Positions 59,297-64,000 of a stretch of 64,000 nucleotides of DNA are shown here, in pieces (the stretch's first letter is position 1; each line of letters starts with the position of its first letter). The translations under genes and the position numbers were made by a program. The notes under the pieces are model-generated. The model saw nothing but the letters and a program-made list of their open reading frames with translations, was not told the DNA's origin and ran no database searches. This DNA is from Spirochaetaceae bacterium. Its GTDB lineage: Bacteria > Spirochaetota > Spirochaetia > DSM-2461. The stretch is from NCBI GenBank assembly GCA_051531975.1, contig JAOPTT010000002.1, forward strand, positions 185,968 through 249,967. Reading direction: 5' to 3'.

Positions 59297-60076
59297 AACA
59301 ATATAAGAATAATTACTTTTATCAGTATAACAATTTTAATAGCAATACTAGAATTTGTTATACCCCAAAAGAAGAGGAATCACTCCAGGTGGTTTAGATG
59401 GTCAAATAACATATTAATAGTACTTTTAAATAGATTGATAACACCACTTTTTTTATTAATTCCTATATTTATAATTGATCCACCTATAAATGGATTATTA
59501 GATCTGTTGAACTTTGGATTTTATTTTAACTTCATTATTGGGTTTATACTTTTAGATATAATAATTTACTTCCAACATAGGATTTTCCATGTTGTACCAA
59601 TTTTTTGGGCATTACATAAAATGCACCACACAGATAGGGACTTAGACTTTACAAGTGCCCTAAGATTCCACCCTTTAGAGATATTACTATCAATGTTAAT
59701 TAAACTACTTTTTGTATGGGTAATAGGAATAGATTTGACTACTTTAATTATATTTGAAATATCTATTAATACATTCGCTATTTTTAACCATGGGAATTTT
59801 AGAATTAATAATAAGTTAAATGATTTTATTCAAAAAATTATTATTACTCCTAACATACATCGAATCCACCACTCAACAAAATTAAAAGAGTGTAACAGTA
59901 ATTATGGAACAATTTTTATATTTTGGGACAAATTATTTAGATCCATAGTTTTAGAACCTCAGTTAGGTCATTTAAAAATGAACTTAGGGGTTCCTGGGTA
60001 TAAAGATAAAAAATACCAAAAAATACACTGGCTAATTATTACACCATTTACAAATAAGGAGCCCAAAATTGTTTGA
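59294..60076 (+). CDS. Sterol desaturase/fatty acid hydroxylase family protein
   Basis: His boxes HRIFH, HKMHH, FNHGN, HRIHH; RFHPLE; SNYG..WDKLF. Confidence 0.92.
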   Translation: MNNIRIITFISITILIAILEFVIPQKKRNHSRWFRWSNNILIVLLNRLITPLFLLIPIFIIDPPINGLLDLLNFGFYFNFIIGFILLDIIIYFQHRIFHVVPIFWALHKMHHTDRDLDFTSALRFHPLEILLSMLIKLLFVWVIGIDLTTLIIFEISINTFAIFNHGNFRINNKLNDFIQKIIITPNIHRIHHSTKLKECNSNYGTIFIFWDKLFRSIVLEPQLGHLKMNLGVPGYKDKKYQKIHWLIITPFTNKEPKIV

Positions 60077-60677
60077 TACAGCTTTAAGGCCTATAAAAGA
60101 GAGAATATTATTACCATTTGCTAAATTTTTAGCTAAATATATATCCCCTAATAAAATGACAATGATATCTCTAGTTTTGGGTATATTAGCTTTTTTTACA
60201 GTTTTGTTAGGTCTATATAAGATTGCTTTAATATGTTGGGTACTAAATAGAATTACAGATGGTTTAGATGGAACTATTGCTAGGATCTCTGAAACACAGA
60301 GTGATTATGGTGGATATATTGATATAATGAGCGATTTTCTAATATATGCAATAATTCCAATAGCATTTGTAATGAATAGAGGTTTTATTAAATTAGAGAC
60401 AATATTATTAGTATTTATGTTAGCAGCTTTTTATATAAACTCAGCTTCATGGATGTATCTATCAGCCATCTTAGAAAAAAGAAATTATTTGTCACAGAAA
60501 AGTTTAACATCTGTAAATATGCCCAAGGGGTTAGCAGAGGGTTTTGAAACAATAATAATTTATACACTTTTTTTTATTTTACCAGATCAAATTGTTATAC
60601 TATTTATTGTTATAAGTGTTTTAGCTTTAATTGGTTCGATTCAGAGAATTATATGGGCGAAAAAGGAAATCAAATGA
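60069..60677 (+). CDS. ynjF: CDP-alcohol phosphatidyltransferase family protein, YnjF-like
   Basis: PNKMT, NRITDGLDGTIAR..GGYIDIMSDF, GLAEGFETI. Confidence 0.88.
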   Translation: MFDTALRPIKERILLPFAKFLAKYISPNKMTMISLVLGILAFFTVLLGLYKIALICWVLNRITDGLDGTIARISETQSDYGGYIDIMSDFLIYAIIPIAFVMNRGFIKLETILLVFMLAAFYINSASWMYLSAILEKRNYLSQKSLTSVNMPKGLAEGFETIIIYTLFFILPDQIVILFIVISVLALIGSIQRIIWAKKEIK

Positions 60678-60711
60678 ACTACTATAATTAGAATAGATAC
60701 AGCTATTAGAG

Positions 60712-61596
60712 CTATTTAAATATAACTCTATTTTTCCCTGTCTCTTTGCCATCATATAGACCTATATCGCACCTTTTTATGGCGGCTTCTAATTTGTCTT
60801 TTTCGGTTAATATTGATATACCAAATGTCATAGTAACTTTATGTTTGTGATTATTAAATTCAAATATATAATTTTCAATTGTATGGCGAATTTTCTCTCC
60901 AACATCTAGTGCACCCTCTTTTTTTATTTGTGGAAAATATAAAAGGAACTCCTCTCCTCCCCAACGGCCAAATAGATCTTCAGATCTTATATTTTCCCTT
61001 ATAATTGCGGCTATACTCTGTAATACATAATCACCATAATCATGGCCATATGTATCGTTTATAACTTTAAAATCATCTATGTCACCTAACATAAGATAGC
61101 CCTCTGTTCCACCTCTAGATAACCTATGGTATTCAACCTCTAATTTATCTACAATTCCACGTCTATTATCTATCCTAGTTAGAGGATCAGTTATAGAACA
61201 TCTAAGCAGATCTTTTTTTAGTTTATGAAGTTCAAGGTGAGTCTTAATTCGGATTTTAAGTTCAGCTTGATGAAATGGTTTTTTAATATAATCTATTCCA
61301 CCAACTTCAAACCCCTTAACAACATTTTCAACATCACTGAATGCAGTCAAGAAAATTACAGGTATATTTTTTAATCTCTGATCTCTTTTTATATACTCAC
61401 AAACTTCATATCCATTCATATCTGGCATTGAGATATCTAATAATACCAGATCAGGAATACTATCTTCCATTGCTGCAATAGCCGATTTACCACTGGTAGC
61501 CATAATTAGTTCATAGGGTTCATTCACTAAATGACTAGCGATCACTTGTAAATTTTTGGGGATATCATCTACGATAAGAATTTCTTGATCAGACAC
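60712..61596 (-). CDS. REC-GGDEF diguanylate cyclase
   Basis: ILIVDD, LLDISMP, KPF; TDPLT, I-site RSED, RWGGEEF. Confidence 0.93.
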   Translation of the reverse strand: MSDQEILIVDDIPKNLQVIASHLVNEPYELIMATSGKSAIAAMEDSIPDLVLLDISMPDMNGYEVCEYIKRDQRLKNIPVIFLTAFSDVENVVKGFEVGGIDYIKKPFHQAELKIRIKTHLELHKLKKDLLRCSITDPLTRIDNRRGIVDKLEVEYHRLSRGGTEGYLMLGDIDDFKVINDTYGHDYGDYVLQSIAAIIRENIRSEDLFGRWGGEEFLLYFPQIKKEGALDVGEKIRHTIENYIFEFNNHKHKVTMTFGISILTEKDKLEAAIKRCDIGLYDGKETGKNRVIFK

Positions 61597-64000
61597 TGTT
61601 TATAGCCTCCACGAAGTGGTACTTTGTTAATAATTCCTGCATTGTTTCTATATCATAACTCTCTATGGAAAGATCAAATTTACTAGAAAAATTATGACAT
61701 TCTGGAATATCCTTTAATATTTTTGCTAACTTTTTCATCTCTTTTACTTTAATTATTGTTCCTGACTTGTTTGTAACTGGAAGTAGCTTTTTTACCTTTA
61801 TATAATCATCTTTATTAAGTTGTAGGATGTAACTATCTGCATTTATATTTGTATTATCAGCTATATTATATGGAATAAAATATCCAATTTTCTTTAAAAG
61901 ATTCGAAATCTTTGTTGGTTTAAATATTACATCATTAAATCCACAGTCTTTCATAACATCTATATTTCCTAGGTTTAATGATGCTGTAAAAGCTATTACT
62001 GGAGTGAACTTCAAAGTATTACACTCTCTAATCAATTTTATAGTCTTCCAACCATCTGAATTTGGCATTCTTATATCTAATAATATTAGATCAGGTTTAA
62101 TTTCCATCGCGAAATTAAAACCATCTATTCCACCTTTAGATTCTAAGACATTCAGTCCAACAATTGTTAATGCCTCTTTTACTATTGTTCTATTAAATTC
62201 TTCATCGTCTATAATCAGAACTGTGGAAGAATTAAAATGGTAATTTATAAAACCAATTTTCTCTTTATCTGGCTTCGTTAGTCTATTTTTTATTGATATT
62301 TTTTTTAATTTTACTATAAAAGAGCTACCTACACCAATATCACTTATTACTTCAATTTCCCCACCTAGAAGTTCTGTTAGACGTTTACATATAGGAAGCC
62401 CTAAACCTGAACCTGTTATTCCACTTTGGTCACCTTCCTGATGAAACTCATTAAAAATATGCGAAATAGATCTATCTGATATACCTCGACCACTATCTTT
62501 AACTTCTATAATTAGATCTGCACCATTAAAGTGGGTTTTTATCTTAATAAGACCTTCATCTGTGAATTTAATAGCGTTCCCAATTATGTTAATTAAAATT
62601 TGTCTTAACTTAGTCTCATCACTTTCTATAAAGGTTGGGGTATTTTCATCTATATCAACAATAATCTCTACTGATTTGTTTTGAGTAGCAAATAAAAATA
62701 GATGTGTTACTTCGTTTATTAAAGTTTCAAGATCAATAACTGTTAGTGTTATTTTCATTTTACCTGATTCAATTTTAGACAGATCTAAAATATTATTTAT
62801 TAGATGAAGTAGACTTTTACTGGATGTTTGTATCGCCTGAACGTAAGACTTATCTTTTTGGTCTGTTATAGTTGAAGATAACAGTTCAGAGAAACCTACA
62901 ACAGCATTAAGAGGTGTCCTTAATTCGTGACTTATATTTGCAAAAAAGTCACTTTTTGCTTTTGTCATAACTTCTACTCGATCTCTCTCTATTCTAATAC
63001 GAGTAGATTCATTTTCAATTAATTTCTGTTTTTGAGTCGTAATATCAATTCTATTTAATAACTCAATTACTCTATCTATAAGTAATCGATATATTTTTTT
63101 TGTTTCAATATTCTCCTGAAATATTAAGTCCTTTGATTCTATTCTTTTTTTGAGTTTTATTAGAATCTCTCTATAGGAATCAAAAGGATCTAATGATTCT
63201 GGTAACTGCTCATCATTTATTATAGAGAGATCGGTAACTATAGAATTTATCTCTTCTGATTCTTCTTGCAATTTTTTTAGACCATTTTTTATATTTTTTA
63301 TATAAATGTTAAAAAGAAAAATAGATAGAGTAAAAACTAAACCAATTATAATAAGTATATAAAAATGGGTACTAATGTCCCGCAGCATAAAAATGGACTG
63401 GATATCACTATGATCAACTAAAATCCTACTACTTAAAAATACTTTCCCATTCTTAAATATTACAACCCTCGGCTTCATTTGAGATCCAATATAATCATTA
63501 TGTGTACTATAAAGAACCTTCCCATATTTATCATAAAAGAGGACAATTGTATTAGAAAGAGTTGGTGGTATGAACTCTTCAGGGGGATAATTTATTATTG
63601 CATATCCACCTATATCCTTTCGAATAAAATAGGCTTTCAACCTGTTTTCTAATAAACCAGAATCTAATAATATATACTCTTCACCCTCTTTTAATTCTGA
63701 TATTTTTTTAAAAAGTGAACTATTTTGTAAACTAAAACCTTTTAATATTGCTGAATTTGATTCAATAATTACACCATTTATATCTAAATAGAAATAGTTT
63801 GACGATTGTCTTTTATTATCTGCTAAACCAATCTTAGCACTAACTGAGAGGAGATTTAGTTTGTCTTTTAGTAAATGAGACCAAGATTCTGTATCACTTT
63901 GGTGAGAGAGTTTAATTTCTCCAATCATAAATATTACACCCACTAAATACATTAAGACTATAAAGATCCATATTCGACCTAAAAGTCGAATAATATTTTT
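61589..64000 (-). CDS. Hybrid sensor histidine kinase (HisKA-HATPase-REC), 5' end outside window
   Basis: FANISHELRTPL, GNAIKFT, DSGRG, GSGLGL, REC LLDIRMP; frame stays open from 63952 to 64000 (KNIIRLLGRIWIFIVL). Confidence 0.92.
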   Translation of the reverse strand, partial: KNIIRLLGRIWIFIVLMYLVGVIFMIGEIKLSHQSDTESWSHLLKDKLNLLSVSAKIGLADNKRQSSNYFYLDINGVIIESNSAILKGFSLQNSSLFKKISELKEGEEYILLDSGLLENRLKAYFIRKDIGGYAIINYPPEEFIPPTLSNTIVLFYDKYGKVLYSTHNDYIGSQMKPRVVIFKNGKVFLSSRILVDHSDIQSIFMLRDISTHFYILIIIGLVFTLSIFLFNIYIKNIKNGLKKLQEESEEINSIVTDLSIINDEQLPESLDPFDSYREILIKLKKRIESKDLIFQENIETKKIYRLLIDRVIELLNRIDITTQKQKLIENESTRIRIERDRVEVMTKAKSDFFANISHELRTPLNAVVGFSELLSSTITDQKDKSYVQAIQTSSKSLLHLINNILDLSKIESGKMKITLTVIDLETLINEVTHLFLFATQNKSVEIIVDIDENTPTFIESDETKLRQILINIIGNAIKFTDEGLIKIKTHFNGADLIIEVKDSGRGISDRSISHIFNEFHQEGDQSGITGSGLGLPICKRLTELLGGEIEVISDIGVGSSFIVKLKKISIKNRLTKPDKEKIGFINYHFNSSTVLIIDDEEFNRTIVKEALTIVGLNVLESKGGIDGFNFAMEIKPDLILLDIRMPNSDGWKTIKLIRECNTLKFTPVIAFTASLNLGNIDVMKDCGFNDVIFKPTKISNLLKKIGYFIPYNIADNTNINADSYILQLNKDDYIKVKKLLPVTNKSGTIIKVKEMKKLAKILKDIPECHNFSSKFDLSIESYDIETMQELLTKYHFVEAINSV

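Overview
AT-rich bacterial chromosome segment, by inference from a free-living spirochaete (Spirochaetaceae-like gene content, e.g. the serS/neuB-like/DUF4954/phosphohexomutase block and a spirochaete-type sigma-region-4 protein). 0-13.7 kb is a partly decayed carbohydrate-utilisation island: ABC sugar permeases, a deleted sulfatase, a GH29-like lipoprotein with two F-type lectin modules, broken oxidoreductase/isomerase genes and a YesN/YesM two-component pair, tied together by four copies of one promoter cassette. 13.7-36 kb is mostly housekeeping and c-di-GMP signalling (proAC, PilZ, ftsH, PAS-GGDEF-EAL, topA, selO, CoA-disulfide reductase-rhodanese with a 4x42-bp hairpin array in its leader, TetR plus giant CoA-activase). 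36.4-41.2 kb holds a sigma-like gene and a small defence islet (orphan DUF2442, frameshifted m6A MTase, Eco47II/Sau96I-like Type II R-M pair, DUF1016 relic). 41-53 kb is housekeeping (rdgB, DEAD-box helicase, serS, neuB-like, DUF4954, phosphohexomutase). 53.4-60.7 kb is a functionally unexplained ynjBCD/ydjX/ynjF-like cluster with a flavoprotein disulfide reductase and a sterol-desaturase-family gene, with a near-palindromic 33-bp segment joining its two divergent start codons. No rRNA, tRNA, CRISPR array or intact IS was recognised. All family assignments are from motif recognition by eye, not database searches.
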